Positions 63,790 to 64,000 of a stretch of 64,000 nt of DNA are shown in pieces (the stretch's first letter is position 1; each line of letters begins with the position of its first letter). Source of the stretch: Bdellovibrionales bacterium (lineage in GTDB: Bacteria > Bdellovibrionota > Bdellovibrionia > Bdellovibrionales > JAMPXM01); NCBI GenBank assembly GCA_043739185.1, contig JAYUEN010000286.1:39604-103603 (forward strand), given 5' to 3'. The notes beneath the pieces are model-generated. The model did no database searches, had not been told where the DNA came from, and saw only the letters and a program-made list of their open reading frames with translations. The position numbers were made by a program, and so were the translations under genes.

Positions 63790-64000
63790 GGCTTTGATTT
63801 AAATGGTGGCTGGTGCTGAACAGGCCTTTTATGACAAAAGACACTTTCCTCTTATATATATAGCCCAATCGAGCAGCGGCGTCTGAAAACGCGTGCTAAA
63901 AACGGTTCTCGGTAAAGTAGAAGGGTCTGGATTATGCCAAGAGGGGTAGACACCAAAACCAGGACGTTGTGTTAATGTATCTTGAGTTTAAAAATCCACA

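Noticed and set aside
63790..64000. Possible gene or RNA at the right edge
   Set aside because: Only very short ORFs and no tRNA or rRNA signature. It is probably the upstream region of a gene beyond the window.
1..64000. Prophage, IS, integron or anti-phage defence island
   Set aside because: No integrase, transposase, phage structural, nuclease or Cas motifs were recognised, and no obvious compositional break was seen.

Overview
A gene-dense, AT-rich (roughly 40% GC by eye) bacterial chromosomal segment of about 60 CDS. I found no rRNA, tRNA, CRISPR array, transposase or phage genes. Gene content and order (maf-yggS-proC-divIVA beside an orphan tadC-DUF192-FHA/TPR cluster; lipA-E2-lpdA-lipB; a CFI-box-CTERM protein plus beta-barrel; a Ser-type Hypr GGDEF) point to a Bdellovibrionota (Bdellovibrio-like) genome, which is an inference. 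The housekeeping backbone includes proC, yggS, maf, the lipoate/PDH genes, pssA, asd, truA-rplM-rpsI, an opp/dpp ABC operon, trxB and trmB. The most interesting signals are: (1) a Tad-pilus-linked module of three membrane-anchored FHA proteins ending in a PP2C-fold protein that has lost its catalytic aspartates, with no kinase in the window; (2) a REC-GGDEF with the Asp-to-Ser Hypr signature, a predicted 3',3'-cGAMP synthase; (3) many first-in-operon genes with a -10 hexamer 5-7 nt before the start codon and no SD, suggesting widespread leaderless mRNAs, including a symmetric 27-bp bidirectional promoter; (4) a Fur-boxed cupredoxin-FTR1-beta-barrel iron-uptake operon; (5) DivIVA with a Q/N/M prion-like tail; (6) a sigma-54-like promoter with an upstream GTCnnA-N3-TnnGAC palindrome; (7) a probable ATT start codon for oppB. 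Product calls come from motif recognition by eye, not database searches.
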